Shown here: piece by piece, positions 25,990 to 38,246 of the stretch | Numbering within the stretch: the first letter of the stretch is position 1 | Layout of the letters: every line of letters starts with the position of its first letter | DNA from: Selaginella moellendorffii | Taxonomy: Eukaryota > Plantae > Lycopodiophyta | DNA: 64,000 nt | Direction: 5' to 3' | Assembly: GCF_000143415.4 (NCBI RefSeq) | Contig: NW_003314266.1 | Coordinates: 1,696,463 to 1,760,462 of the forward strand | Made by a program: the position numbers and the translations under genes | Notes under the pieces: model-generated | The model's input: the letters and a program-made list of their open reading frames with translations, nothing else | Database searches by the model: none | What the model was told of the DNA's origin: nothing

Positions 25990-28491
25990 CTATGTTCGTC
26001 CATAGATATTAGCCATCAAGTCATAAGCTCCAGCCGAGTGACTATCGCTCTCCACCAATCTACCAAAAGCAATCTCTCCAATCCTCACGTTTCTCCACTT
26101 CGAGCAAGCTCCCAGGATCGTCATCCACGCAACCCCACTCTCTCCAGCCGGCATGCTCTTGACCATCTCCACAGCCTCGTCGAGGTGATTGGCCCGGCTT
26201 AGCAAATCCACCATGCAGCTCAAGTGCTCCACTCCCGGAGAGATCCCAAACTTCGGCACCATGTCGCGAAAGTAGCTCCTCCCTTTCTCGACGAGACCAC
26301 TGTGGCTACACGCTGTGAGCAAACAAACCAGCGTCACAGCGTTGGCTGCCAAGCCTCGATCTTCCATGGAGCTAAAGCTCTCAAAAACGAGCTTCCATTT
26401 TCCCACCCGGCTGTACCCCGCAATGAGAGCCGTCCAGAGAACCAAGTCGCCACCTCCAGCAGCGACGATCCAGTCGAAAACACAGCGTGCCCGGATCATA
26501 TCTCCACACTTCCCGTAAACATCCACAAGCGAAGTTGCAAGAGTTTCATCAACTTCGAGACCGGCCCTGTAGATCCTTGCCTCGATCGCTTGCAGCTTGT
26601 CCAGAGCCACGGCAGCTCCGCATGCTTTTAGCAGGACGCCGAAAGTCCGGGAGTTCGCCATAGCTTCGCTCTCCAGCATTCTCGGGAAGAGCTCCAGCGA
26701 GAGATCTTCCTCGCCGTTTTCGCTGTATCCCAGCAGGAGGGCGTTCCAGGACGCGGCAGTGGCGGAGTTCCTGGCCACCACCCTGTCGAAAACACCCCTC
26801 GAATCTACCATGCTCCCACACCTCGCGTACATGTCCACCAGAGTATTGGCTACGTAGGTGTCCGTCTCAAAGCTCCTATCCATCGCCTGCGAGTGGAAGC
26901 TCATCCCTTTCTCCAGAGCCTTGAGCTTCACAAGCCTGCCATGGACGAGCTCCCCGGCCTCCTTGCCGGCCATGCTCGAGCAAGCCTTCAAAGCCGCGAC
27001 GAAAGTTGGCGGATCAAGCCCGCCTCCTTGCTCGCAAACTTTCGATTCGAGGAGCTCCACTGCGAGCTCTCCCTGGCCATTCTCCGCGTACCCCAGCGTG
27101 AGAGACGTGAGCGGCACCACGCTGCTCGAGGAGAGCCTGTCAAACACTCGTCTGGCCTCCACCAAGCAGCCACACTTCGCGTACATATCCACCAGCGAAA
27201 TCCCCACGCTTGCGTCGAGCTCCCAGCCACTTTTCTCCGCTCGAGCGTGGATCTCCACTCCTCTCTTGAGAGACTCCACCTTGACAAGCCTCCCATCGAG
27301 CTCCCTCGCCTCTTCTCTCTCGGAGAGGCTCGAGCAAGCTTTGAGCGCCGAGACGAAAGTTGCCGCGTCGATTGAGGAGGAACTCGCGAGCTCCATCCGC
27401 GAGAATAAATCGATGGCGAGCTCTCCATTCCCTGCGTCGATATATCCCATCATCAGCGACGTCCAAGACACAGCATTGTGGCAAGGCATCCTATCAAAGA
27501 CTCTCTGCGAGCTCACCACGCTCTTACACTTCGCGTACACGTCCACCAGCGTAGTCGCGACGTAGAGATTAAACTCGCAGACAAACTTCGCCGCCAGGGA
27601 ATGGATAGCCATCGCTCTCTCCAAGCTCTCCACCTTCACGAGCTTTCCATCGATCTCCCTGCCGTCCTCCTTCACTGCGAGGCTGGAGCAAGCTTTCAGC
27701 GCGGCAACAAACAAAGTAGCGTCTGGAGCAATACCTTGGGAGTGGAAACTAAAGCTCGAGAAGAGCTCCAGCGCCAGCGATTCTTGGCTGTTCTCCGCGT
27801 ATCCCAGCATCAAGGCCGTCGAGGAAACCAAGTCGTGCAACGGCATTCGATCAAACACCGCTCGAGCTTCGATCACACTGCCACACTTTGCATACATAGT
27901 GACGAGAGCGCTAGCAACGAAGATATCCATACCTCTGGAAGCTCTCGCGAGCTGCGAGTGGATCGCCACGCCTTGCTTGAGAGCAGCGAGCTTGAGCGCT
28001 CGTCCGTCAGCTTCGTGAGCCTGTTCTCTCGCCGCCAAGATCGCACAAGCCTTGAGCACAGCCACGAAAGTCCTCGCGTTTGGATCGCATCGATGGCGAT
28101 CTCGCCCGCGATCCATCCGAGCAAAGAGCTCCAGAGCACTGGCTGGATCATCGTTGTCGACATATCCCAGCAGGAGAGAGTTCCAAGTCACAACATCCCG
28201 CCTCTCAAGCTCATCAAAGATCTTGCGAGCTTCCAAGACGCTCCCACACCTCGCGTACATGCTCACGAGAGCGCTGGCCACGAACTTATCTTTGCTTTGC
28301 CGGCTCGCCATCGCTCGAGCGTGGATCTCTCGGCCCTCGACGAGGGTCTTGCATTGCTTGAGCGAGGCAAGCAAGCCAAGAACACTGGATTCGTGCCTTT
28401 GCTGTGGAGCTATGGCGATGGAAAGCCCGCGACTAGAGAGGAGAAAATGCCCACCTTGGAGAACTAAGCTTCTTCGTCTTCCAGAATGCAT
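25990..28491 (-). CDS. PLS-class PPR protein with E domain, no DYW (833 aa, intronless)
   Basis: Repeated LVxMYAKCG/VSWxALxxGY motifs, LTACSHSGLV, EHLSCMVDLLSRA, WMTILGAC, YDLMANIY. Confidence 0.95.
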   Translation of the reverse strand: MHSGRRRSLVLQGGHFLLSSRGLSIAIAPQQRHESSVLGLLASLKQCKTLVEGREIHARAMASRQSKDKFVASALVSMYARCGSVLEARKIFDELERRDVVTWNSLLLGYVDNDDPASALELFARMDRGRDRHRCDPNARTFVAVLKACAILAAREQAHEADGRALKLAALKQGVAIHSQLARASRGMDIFVASALVTMYAKCGSVIEARAVFDRMPLHDLVSSTALMLGYAENSQESLALELFSSFSFHSQGIAPDATLFVAALKACSSLAVKEDGREIDGKLVKVESLERAMAIHSLAAKFVCEFNLYVATTLVDVYAKCKSVVSSQRVFDRMPCHNAVSWTSLMMGYIDAGNGELAIDLFSRMELASSSSIDAATFVSALKACSSLSEREEARELDGRLVKVESLKRGVEIHARAEKSGWELDASVGISLVDMYAKCGCLVEARRVFDRLSSSSVVPLTSLTLGYAENGQGELAVELLESKVCEQGGGLDPPTFVAALKACSSMAGKEAGELVHGRLVKLKALEKGMSFHSQAMDRSFETDTYVANTLVDMYARCGSMVDSRGVFDRVVARNSATAASWNALLLGYSENGEEDLSLELFPRMLESEAMANSRTFGVLLKACGAAVALDKLQAIEARIYRAGLEVDETLATSLVDVYGKCGDMIRARCVFDWIVAAGGGDLVLWTALIAGYSRVGKWKLVFESFSSMEDRGLAANAVTLVCLLTACSHSGLVEKGRSYFRDMVPKFGISPGVEHLSCMVDLLSRANHLDEAVEMVKSMPAGESGVAWMTILGACSKWRNVRIGEIAFGRLVESDSHSAGAYDLMANIYGRT

Positions 28492-28655
28492 AGATTTAGA
28501 GAGAGCTACTCACCTCCATAGACAAACTCTCTAGTCAACTGCCCTAAGATGCTTTGCTTGTCATTTCTTTGCCGTGGAATGCACTGCATAGGTTCCTTGT
28601 CCCCACATTCGTGGAGCTCGTGGAGCTCGCAAGTTCTTCTTTATTTTTCCTCGCC

Positions 28656-30530
28656 ATGGCTCTATGCAGATCTGACACGCTCGTGTGGTGGACACTCCTG
28701 GGAGTGGTGTGTGGAATCGGTCTAGGAGCTGCGCTTTACAGAGCCCACTGTTCCGACTTGACGATTGAGCTCATAGGTGCGTGGCAAAGATTTCCATTTG
28801 TTGGTGATTTCGTTCTTCGTTTTCGGTTTCTAGGATATCCTGGCGAATTGTATCTTCGAGCACTGCAGCAGCTCGTTTTGCCATTGATTGTCTTCGCTCT
28901 AATGTCCGGAGTCTTCAGCTTGAGACACACTCAGCATGGGTATTGCGTTTTTTCTCGTTTCCTCCATGGACTTCTGAGAAAACTTTTTTGGTCCAGCGTT
29001 GGAAGAATCACGCGGTGGTCGCTCTTTTACTACCTCATATCAATGCTACTGGCTGTGGTACTCGGGATCACTCTGGTTTACTTGATCAAGCCAGGCCAGT
29101 CTCGACCATTTAGCACCACCAATGACAAATGCACTAGGAACAACATTACAATCACGTAAGTTGTGTCAAGTTCATCTTTTGTGAAAAAAGAGCGATTTTT
29201 TTCCTTGCTGCAGCTCGGTTTCTCTGCAAGAAAACGCAGCTGCCACTTTGGTGGAGCCACTTTTGCAGATTGGCCGAGATCTTATCCCAACAAATTTTGT
29301 TGCCGCTGCTGCTAAATCAGATTATCTTGGCATGGTTGCCTTCGCTATCGTATTTGCGTTCTTCGTCAATACTTTCGGTACTACATTGCTTCTTCTTTCT
29401 GCCAAGAAAAAAAACTACTTTTTTTTTTGTTTTGCCAGGCGAGAAAGCAGATTCATTAGTCCAGTTGGTTGAGCTTTGCAATGCAATTATAATGAAGATT
29501 GTAAGCCATCGTTTTCTCTCTTCTCTAGTTCTGTTTTTTCTAAGGTTTTTTTTTTCTTTGTGAAGCTTAGATTTTCGCAGTTATCACCTTGACTCCAATC
29601 GGAGTTGCGTCACTGACCGCAAGCGCGCTCTTGAAAGCTTGCGACGTCTTTCGTCTGCTCAAGGCTCTTGGGCTATTCGTCGGGACGGTCTTAGGTGGTT
29701 TGATGCTACACTCTTTAATTCTTCTTCCTCTCATGGTAATGCTGCTCTCGCGAAGAAATCCCTTCAATGCTCTCAAGTAAGCCAATTTGATGGCACAGCA
29801 TTGTCAGCTTTGAATCCATATCTTGTAGGAATTTCTTTCCAGCTTTGATCATGGGTCTAGGAACATCGTCCGGCGCGGTGACAATGCCAGTGACAATGAA
29901 CTGTGCCGTGGCCTCAGGCTGCGATCCAAACTTAGTTCGCTTCGTCATTCCTCTGGGAACAAATATCAATCGCGATGGATCCGCACTATATGAAGCAGTC
30001 TCTGTACTGTTTATCTGTCAAGTACGTAAGAAAAATTCTGTTTTTCTTAGAAAGAATTCTTCGGTTTTCTCTTGTCCAGGCTCATGGCCTCGATTTACCA
30101 CCCGCGAAGCTGTTTGTTCTTGCGATTGCAGCAACTCTTGCAGCGGTTGGCTGCGGTCCGGTCCCAAATTCTGGCCTACTTACAATGATCGTTGCTCTTC
30201 AGGTGGACCAACTTTTTAAAAAAAAGAACTTTAGGATATCTTGATGTTCTTCATGGTTTTGTCTACAGTCGATTGGATACTCCCAATTCGTGGGAGATGT
30301 TTCACTTCTCTACGCAGTGGATTGGCTGCTGTGTGCCGTCCGCACTTCTGTCAACATTTGGGGAGATGGATGTGCGTGTTTGATCGTGGATGCGTGGAAC
30401 AAACGCTACGTCGATCCAAAGTCCAATCTGGTGAGTACTTCTAAGGCAAAAACTCTTCTTCTTTCTCTAATTTTCATATCAGGAAGAGATTAGAGAACCA
30501 CTCCTTTCGAGTGATTCCATTGACTTTTAG
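28656..30530 (+). CDS. SLC1/DAACS dicarboxylate/amino-acid:cation symporter, multi-exon
   Basis: GYPGELYLRALQQLVLPLIV, TPIGVASL, GTSSGAVTMP, FVIPLGTNINRDGSALYEAV, TLAAVGCGPVP, AVDWLLCAVRTSVNIWGD; last exon EEIREPLLSSDSIDF*. Confidence 0.92.
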
Positions 30531-30626
30531 CTGTGGAAAACCGCTCGACTTGTACAGTGGAAATTTTTATTCGCGAACAAGTAAATAGCGCCTCTCTTTT
30601 ATTTTTTCCATGGTTTGATCATGATC

Positions 30627-31640
30627 TTATGAACTGGAAGAGGATCGAGAATTTTTTTCATGCTTGTTCCAATAGTCGTGCGCTGAAATGCATGGGTAAG
30701 TGACGAGAAAACAGTGACTTCTCCTGCGTGAGTAGGCGCCTCTCGAGCCGTTTATGCGACTCCTCCACCAGGAAATCGTTGTGAGAGAGATGTTTCTCCA
30801 CGAGCTGAGAAGAAACACTCTTTAGAAACATTGCCTCGCTGCGTGTGTTTTCTTCCCATCTTGCAGCAGCCGCCCGAGATCTCGCTTCTCCATACGCTGG
30901 TTTCGGGGGATCAACGAGAACCAGTTTCCTCGACTGCCTCAAGGATTTCATAGTCTGCTCGATGGAAGCAGCGCATGTTGAAAGTGTCTCGGGTTCTCTT
31001 GCACATAAAGCCGCTTTCCAAGATCTCAAGCTATGGTATTTTCATGGTATTTTATACCTCGGTGACCATGAGCTCCAAGCAGCTGTAAACCAGTTGACAA
31101 CGTCTGCGCTAGTGTTCTCGGTTTGGAATCTCCTCCTCGCGTTCATCAGCATGCACAATAGTCCCCCAGGAACGATCTCTTCGGCTCTAAACTTGAGAAA
31201 GTTGCAAAGATTTTCGTGAGCTTGCTGCTGATAAGCCTGCGCCACCTCGGGCTTTGCCTTGTCCGGCGATATATTGCCACCATTCCAGCAAACAGATTCG
31301 CCATCCAGGACCGCATCGGGTATCTGGAAGAAGAGAACTTCTTGTGATCATCACAAAAACTCTCAAGAGTTTTTACCTTGGAGACCCAATGCAACGCAGC
31401 GCTGGACACGAAGTGAATGCTGGAAGATGGTAAAAGTTCATAAAAACAACCCGGAACTCCAGCGATAGTTTACACTGAGCCTGCGGTGGAACTGCTGATC
31501 GATTTGCAGTGCATGGCTATGGCGTTTCTTATGGCTGGAACAACTAGAGGGAAATCTGAGCTCTGGAAGGCCGAGTTCCTGGCATAGCTCCCAATTCCAA
31601 CGCCACTTTCCATCTTGAATATGATGGGCATGGGATACAT
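30627..31640 (-). pseudogene. SABATH (Methyltransf_7) methyltransferase pseudogene
   Basis: MESGVGIGSYARNS, then GSV*TIAGVPGCFY (SAM-binding DLGC region missing), ALHWVSK, AYQQQAHENLCNFLKFRAEEIVPGG; further stop after YKIP. Confidence 0.8.
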
Positions 31641-31802
31641 GTTGAGTGGATTTATAGAAGTCAAGTAAAAGGGTTATACACAAAATCAAAATCAACTAAA
31701 GTCTCAGTGAAAGTCGATAGTATTATGAGAATCAGAAAAGGTTATCTAGGTGACCTTTATTAAGTCAAGGTTTTAGGTGTTTTGAAGCTAAGGATTAAAG
31801 AC

Positions 31803-32942
31803 ATGGCTTTCTGGAAGGCTTTGGCTTTTGGTTTTCTAGTAGTATTCTGCCATGCCAGTAGGCTCGTGGATCACCATCACCACCACCATGACAAAGCTGG
31901 TGTCCATGCCTTGTTCGTTTTCGGTGACTCCATCGTGGATCCAGGTAACAACAACAATCTCGACACGATTGCAAAGGCAAACCATTTGCCGTACGGCTTC
32001 AAGTTCAAGGGTCACGAAGCCAGTGGAAGGTTTTGCGATGGAAAGCTGGCGGTCGATCTTGTTGCCGAGCACTTGGGACTTCCATATCCGCCACCTTACA
32101 GCCCAAATTCCAGCGCTGCCACCCAGGGCATGAACTTTGGATCGGCCACCTCGGGGATTCTCAATAGCACTGGAATGGTAAGCCTTCAGTTTCTAATCAC
32201 GAGTGAGGTTCTAACCAGGAAAATTGTGTAGGGATCTATTTTATCCCTTTCCACTCAAGTCAACCTCTTCTCGCATGTTGCGAAAGGACTGCCGAGGGAC
32301 TTGATTGCCAGCTCGATCTTTTACATTAGCACTGGGAACAACGACATGGCATCCATAGAACCCATGCACACGATCATCTCACAGTTCCATGCACAATTAG
32401 AGGTGAGTAGTAACTATCTTTCGAATCTCTCATGAAACTTTGCATAGTTCATCTCTAACTTCTTTTGCTCTTTGCCGCAGCGTCTCTACGACTTGGGCGC
32501 ACGCAAGTTCGTGGTGGTGGGTATTCTCAACGTTGGATGCGTGCCGGCAACGCAGCTGGGCGACAGCTGCACGGAGCTGGGCGAGTGGATGACGAAGCGC
32601 TTCAACGAGCAGCTGCAAACGATGCTGGAGGAGATGCGGACGTCGCACCAGGGCTTCACTCCCATCTACGCAAACGCTGCAGGGATCATGGACGAGGTGA
32701 TGAGGGATCCAGCGGCGTTTGGCATGAGCAACGTTCACCAGGGGTGCTGCCCGAGCAGCAGCATCATCCCGTTTATGTTTTGCTACCCTGGTGCGTTCCA
32801 CTGCAAGGACAGCAGCAAGTATATGTTCTGGGATCTGGTTCATCCGACCGAGGCATTCAACACCATACTGGTGCAAAGGTGGTACAACGGCAGCACCGAG
32901 TACGTATCGCCCATGAACATTGCGGCACTTGCTGCGGCTTAG
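31803..32942 (+). CDS. Secreted GDSL esterase/lipase, 3 exons
   Basis: Signal peptide, FVFGDSIVDPGNN, GRFCDG, GMNFGSA, STGNND, LYDLGARKF, FWDLVHPT. Confidence 0.95.
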
Positions 32943-32997
32943 TTTGTGTGTATACTTTCAAAAGTTTGTGTGTATACTTTCAAAAGTTTGTGTGTAT
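32941..32997 (+). repeat. 22-bp tandem repeat, about 2.6 copies
   Basis: Unit agtttgtgtgtatactttcaaa, directly after the GDSL stop codon. Confidence 0.9.
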
Positions 32998-33130
32998 AAC
33001 AAAGAACTTGTTTCGTAAGAAGGGAAGGTTTAGAGAAAAGGAGAAAGGAGGGAAAAAGGCTTCGATGGTATGTAACTTCTTTATGTAAAAGAATCACTCG
33101 ACATACCTTCACTGTGAAAGTACTCGATAA

Positions 33131-35679
33131 TCATAACCTCTCTAGAGGTGTAAGGCCCAGTAACTCAAGGCCTTGTTTCATGATCAGGCGGGTTGCCTCA
33201 CAGAGCAATAACCGGCTTGCCTCTTGCAAGCTTCCATTCACCTGCGACAAAAGCTCGAGATAGAAACAAAAGGATTTCAGAAAGAGAGAACCTTGCAGCT
33301 GGTGTAAAACTGCGTGAAGAGCTCCGAGAGAGTGTACAGGTAATCGCACAGAGTACTCGGCAAGAGCCGGCTGATGGAGTCCTCTACGGTCTAAGCTCAC
33401 GGAAAAAAAAATGGTTAAGTCGTGCGTAAAAGCACCAGTGCTTACCTCTGTGAACTGAACGAGATGTAACCCGAGAGATCTTTCGTGTGGGTGCTCCACA
33501 ACCAGCTCGCAAGTCTGCAAAATTTATTTGCAAAAAGCATTTGAGAAACAAGACAGCCATACCTGTTTGATTTCGTCAATGCTTCTTCCAGATTTTCTGA
33601 TGATAGAACAAACCCGTGCATACGCATAGAAAAGATAAACAGCAGTGTTTCCCTGCCAGCAAATGCTCAAAAATAAGGAACTGAGAAAACGATGGACGTT
33701 AAAAAACCTTGATGTCGAGCATCTGCTCAAAGTCGAATCTATAGGTTGTTTCGCGGTTGTTTTTCAGGTCTGCGTACCTACAAAAACACAAGAAGTTCAT
33801 ATCTGTGGAAGAACTTGACAACTTACTTGACGGCTCCATAGCCAAGTGCTTCAGCTGCTGCCTCTAAATCTTCACCGCTCCACTCTCCTTTTCGGCCTAG
33901 GATGTGATCATGAGAACTTTTACGAGCTCCGACGGGTCAGTTACCTCGCTCTATCAGTTCCTTGTGGCTGCGGCTCTTGGCATCGTCCAGCAAGTTTGCA
34001 AGCAAAACCCCTCCTTTTCTACCTCGGATGCGCTTCCCATCTTCGCCAAGCACCATTCCAAATCCAATATGTTGGGCTTTGGGAAATCCATGCTCCGGCA
34101 ACCACCCAGCGAGTTTTGCAGCCTATACATAGATATCGTCATGTATGTAAAAGAGAAACCAAAACAAAACCTCTCACCTGGAAGAACATATCAAAGTGCT
34201 GCTTCTGTCCAACATCAGTAACGTAGATAATCCATTCCGCCTTCTCGACATGGACACGGTACCTGACACAACTATTTTGATCCCAACAGAAAAAGAAAAT
34301 TACGAACCACAAGGCTGCTAAGTCAGTGCTAGCATATGTATAAGCACCATCTGTCTTTGTTACAATCAGCGGTATATCATAGCCTTTGAGAAATATCACC
34401 CTTGCACCGTCGCTCTCTTGCAAAAGTCCCTTCTCTTCGAGAGACTTGATAGCATAGGGAATGTATGGATGATAAAAGCTCTCGGCCTGCAAGACAAAAG
34501 AAAAACCTTTTCCTCAATCTGAACAAAGCGACGTGAATCCGCTCACTTTCTCCTCAAGAGAAACGTTCAGACGGCCATAAGTTCGTTCGTAAGCTCTTCG
34601 ACTCACGTCGCAAAGGGACTTCCACTTAGCGTGATATTCCGCCTCGCTTCTCTAAATCCAAGCAAAGAAACGTACTGAGAAAACATATTTGTTCCATCGC
34701 CAGTACCTGTAATTTGACCACACCTTGCTGGGCTTTAGCTTTGAATTGCTCATCGCTTTTAAATCTCTCGGATGCTTCAACGTACATTTTCTGCGGACAA
34801 TGTGATTTCTCGATGTCAGTACTCAGGATTTCTAAAAGCAAACCATACGTTATCTAACCTGCAAGTCGCCGATAGCCTCTACCTCGGCACCCGTCTCAAA
34901 TATGTGTTCAAGTAGCATTCCAAACTGCAAAGACCTGCCACGGTCTTGCTGAAAGGAACAAAGAAAGGAGGACTTTGGCTTCGTTACCTGCGTTCCCCAG
35001 TCGCCAACGTGGTTTCTCCGCATGACACTTACGTTACAAAACTCAAGCATTTTCGCCACACTATCGCCGATAACTGTCGAGCGCAAGTGTCCGACATGGA
35101 GCTCCTTGGCAATGTTTGGCGAAGAGAAATCCACGAGTGCGTGCTTAACGGGCAGCTCGGGCGCAAGTGCGTCAACTCCTTGATGCAAAACAGTAGTAAG
35201 TTTCTGTTTTAATTTTGAAACATAGGATAAGAAGAAGAGAACGATCGAGCTTAAGATCTATACCTCTGCAATGAAGCGTGCCGAGAGCGTGACATTTATG
35301 TAGCCTGCTCCAGCAACGCTGGTCTTCTCAAGCATGCTCGTCCTGGGAATGTTCCGCAAAACATCCTGAGAAGAAAAGCGTAAAAACACGAGCAAGTTCT
35401 CGCTAGACTTTTCTACCTGCGCAACGGAGACTGGATTCCCGTATGTGGATTGCATGCCTTTGATTCTAGACCAGATTCCCATCGCATTGTTGCTGCAGGA
35501 CAGTTTAAAGGTTACTCCATGAAGAGGAAAATCTCGACTTACATTTGATAGTCTCCAAACTTGGGATTGTTGCAAGCGATGACAATGGGCTCCACAGAGA
35601 CCCACTCTCCGACCGTGCTGCGAAATGCTGCCTGAAAAATCTGGGAGATCTCGTTCCTCACAGACGGATATCGTGCCAT
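33131..35679 (-). CDS. Arginyl-tRNA synthetase, multi-exon
   Basis: [32 protein letters not shown] (HIGH-type), [53 protein letters not shown]. Confidence 0.95.
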
Positions 35680-35949
35680 CAAAGAAAATGTTTCTATTGT
35701 GTATAAACCCTAAGAGAAAAAAGCTGCTTACACAGCTTTAGTGAATAGTCGGCTAGCTCGTTAAAAATGAATTATGCTCACCATTCAGTGATCACGCTGC
35801 CCTTCCCTGTAAAAGTTCCATTTGACTTAGATGTTCACATTCACCACGATTTACCCCCGCTGGTAAAGGGATTTACTGCTCACATTCTCTGGCCTAATCC
35901 TTTCGTTGCTAATGAGATCCCTGTCAAAACTTGACGAGAAGTTTTATAG

Positions 35950-37510
35950 GTACCTTGGTAAGAATAGCCGCTCTTGTTTATAATTGTTGCTCATGGTCCA
36001 TGCCTGAACGAGAGCAGCATTGATCTGTCTCATGCACTCTATGGTCCAAAACCGTGACAGAGCTTGAGCCTGGAGCTTGAAGACGTTATAAGAAATATAG
36101 TCTTCCTTGTGTACTCACGAGTAATGCTTGCAAACGATCATATTCTTTGAAAGCTCGGCCATAGGCTGCTGCGCCTTGCTCCTGTACAGCTTACAGAGTC
36201 AGTAATTTCGACATAAAGTTTCCAATACCTTCTTCACGTAGACGTTATAGATCAAGCTTGAATAGAGAAATCCATCTTGTTTATGGCTTTCTTCAGGCAG
36301 TGACGTCTCATTGTAGCACTCCCGTCCCAGAGCGGCAAAACCAAAGGAACCACTCGAAACATCTTCATGAGGACTGGAAGCACGAGCAGGCAAATGCGGC
36401 CATTACCGTTTGGAAACGGATGAACCGATAGAAGATGCTCGCGACCTTGTTCACACGGCTCCTGACTGTCCAGCTTGTGTGCGCCACCATGAGCCGCTGC
36501 TCTTCAACCTCTTGCAAGACGAACAGCAAGTCCGCCGTGAAAAGCTGCTACCAGGATCAGACGACACATCGGTTGTTCGCAGCTCTCCTGCTTTGAAGTC
36601 CGCCTTGGCTCCATAGAACATGATCAAGTGAGCTCGCTTCACTGTTTCCACCGTAACCTTCACCGTCGTCGAGAGATCTTGAGGTGTTGTAGGAGCTGTG
36701 CCTCCATAGCTTTGTGTGAATCATCTCCTTCAACCGGCCATTCCCCCTGGGGAACTAGGCGACTCTCATAGCTATCGCCATAAAACTCCGCCACGAGGTC
36801 GTCGAACGAGTCAGCGGCATGCACGATCATGTAGCTTTGTAAGACTTTGTAAGCGAAACAAATAATTTGGCTTGACTGCTACAGGGTTTGCGCGCAAAGA
36901 GTTGCGAGTCCGGCAGAGGAGACAAAGCTCGGGTCAACACAAGGCGCTAAAAAGCATCTCGATCAATAGATCACGGGCGACCGGACACGTTGTGAGGACC
37001 ATCTCTCTCTTGCGCGTTGCTTCATCCACGATGAGGCTCTCGACTGCGATTCGGAAGGATTCCTCCGGTTCCACGACGTAAGGCCATGGAAGCTTATGGT
37101 TGCGCGCCATATCTGTGATCAAACGAACGAAATTTTGTGAGGAAGAAATGCGTGAAGAAGGAATTGCGAAGCACTTACTTTCTTGGTCGCTGTAGTTAGC
37201 AAATGCCGGAAAGCAAAGAGCCTAATCCTTGAAATCGATCGCCCCGTGTCTGTCGCGAGACTGGATCCAACGCAAATGCTCGTTACATCCATTGCTGACA
37301 CGATTGATTCTTACAGTTGGCGCCGCGCCTATGCAATGCTTCCCTGTGTTGAAGCCGGCGATATTTCGGCGACCAGCCCCGGAAGCTGGCGATCGCCATC
37401 CCTGTCAAGTTAGAATCGGATTTGCAGAAGAATCGAAGCCATCTCTCACGCTCGCTTTCCCCGCCCTCTCGCCGCCGGCGTCGCGCAAGCTAGGGTGTAT
37501 TCTCTCCATG
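35950..37510 (-). other. Unidentified, probably degenerate multi-exon coding-like region
   Basis: GT-AG-bounded, GC-richer segments with short ORFs interrupted by stops; no recognised motif. Confidence 0.3.
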
Positions 37511-37580
37511 CAGCTGCTTAAACACTAGGGGAGGAAACGTAAAGATACTGGGAATATGCTAAGACACGCATACACTTCTC

Positions 37581-37990
37581 GTCACCGCTTGCAACAATGC
37601 CAAGTTTGGAGACAGAGATTTCCTCCTCATGGAGCAATCTTGAAACTCTCTTGCAGCAACAATGCCATGGGAATCTGGTCTAGAATCAAAGGCATATCGG
37701 AATCCTATCTTCGTTGTGCAGGTAGAGAATAGCGAGAACTTGCTTGTTTTCTCATCCTATGTTGCTGTTTTGCATCAAGGAGTTGACGCACTTGCGTGCC
37801 GAGCTGCCCGTTAAGCACGCGCCTTCTCAACATGGACACGATACCTAAATATTAGAGCCCGAGGAAAAATTACGAACCACAAGGCTAGTGGCCTATGGCA
37901 CCATCTGTCTTCGTTACAATCAAGTGTCCGACATGGAGCTCCTTGGCAATGTTTGGCGAGAGAAATCCACGGTTGACGCGCTCATGCAAA
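37581..37990. repeat. Mosaic of ArgRS gene fragments in both orientations
   Basis: 37581-37753 and 37765-37820 are inverted copies of ~35380-35584 and ~35139-35192. 37821-37922 and 37921-37970 are direct copies of ~34239-34368 and ~35085-35134. Confidence 0.85.
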
Positions 37991-38246
37991 GATTATTTCA
38001 ACCCTCCGAAGGTTTACGGAAGCGTCCACATTGTCAACGAAGACTTATTACGCCTCCCAGTGGTTCGTGGAACCTATATTTTCTTGACACCCAAGACTTT
38101 CCATCCTACAAATACCTTCACATCTCACCTCACAGCTCAAGCCACTTCTCAGCAAAAGCAGATCTTGTGAGTCCATAAGATTTAGTTTTTATCATCTCTC
38201 TCTTTTTGTTCCTCAAGTTCGCCAGGGATCACTCAAGAACGCGACG

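Noticed and set aside
26224-28534. Long plus-strand ORFs opposite the PPR gene (also 48738-51017, including a 503-aa ORF)
   Set aside because: Antisense shadows of GC-rich intronless PPR coding sequence; no motifs of their own.
31870-31890. Poly-His run in the GDSL lipase
   Set aside because: Simple CAC/CAT microsatellite in the linker after the signal peptide; no evidence of function.
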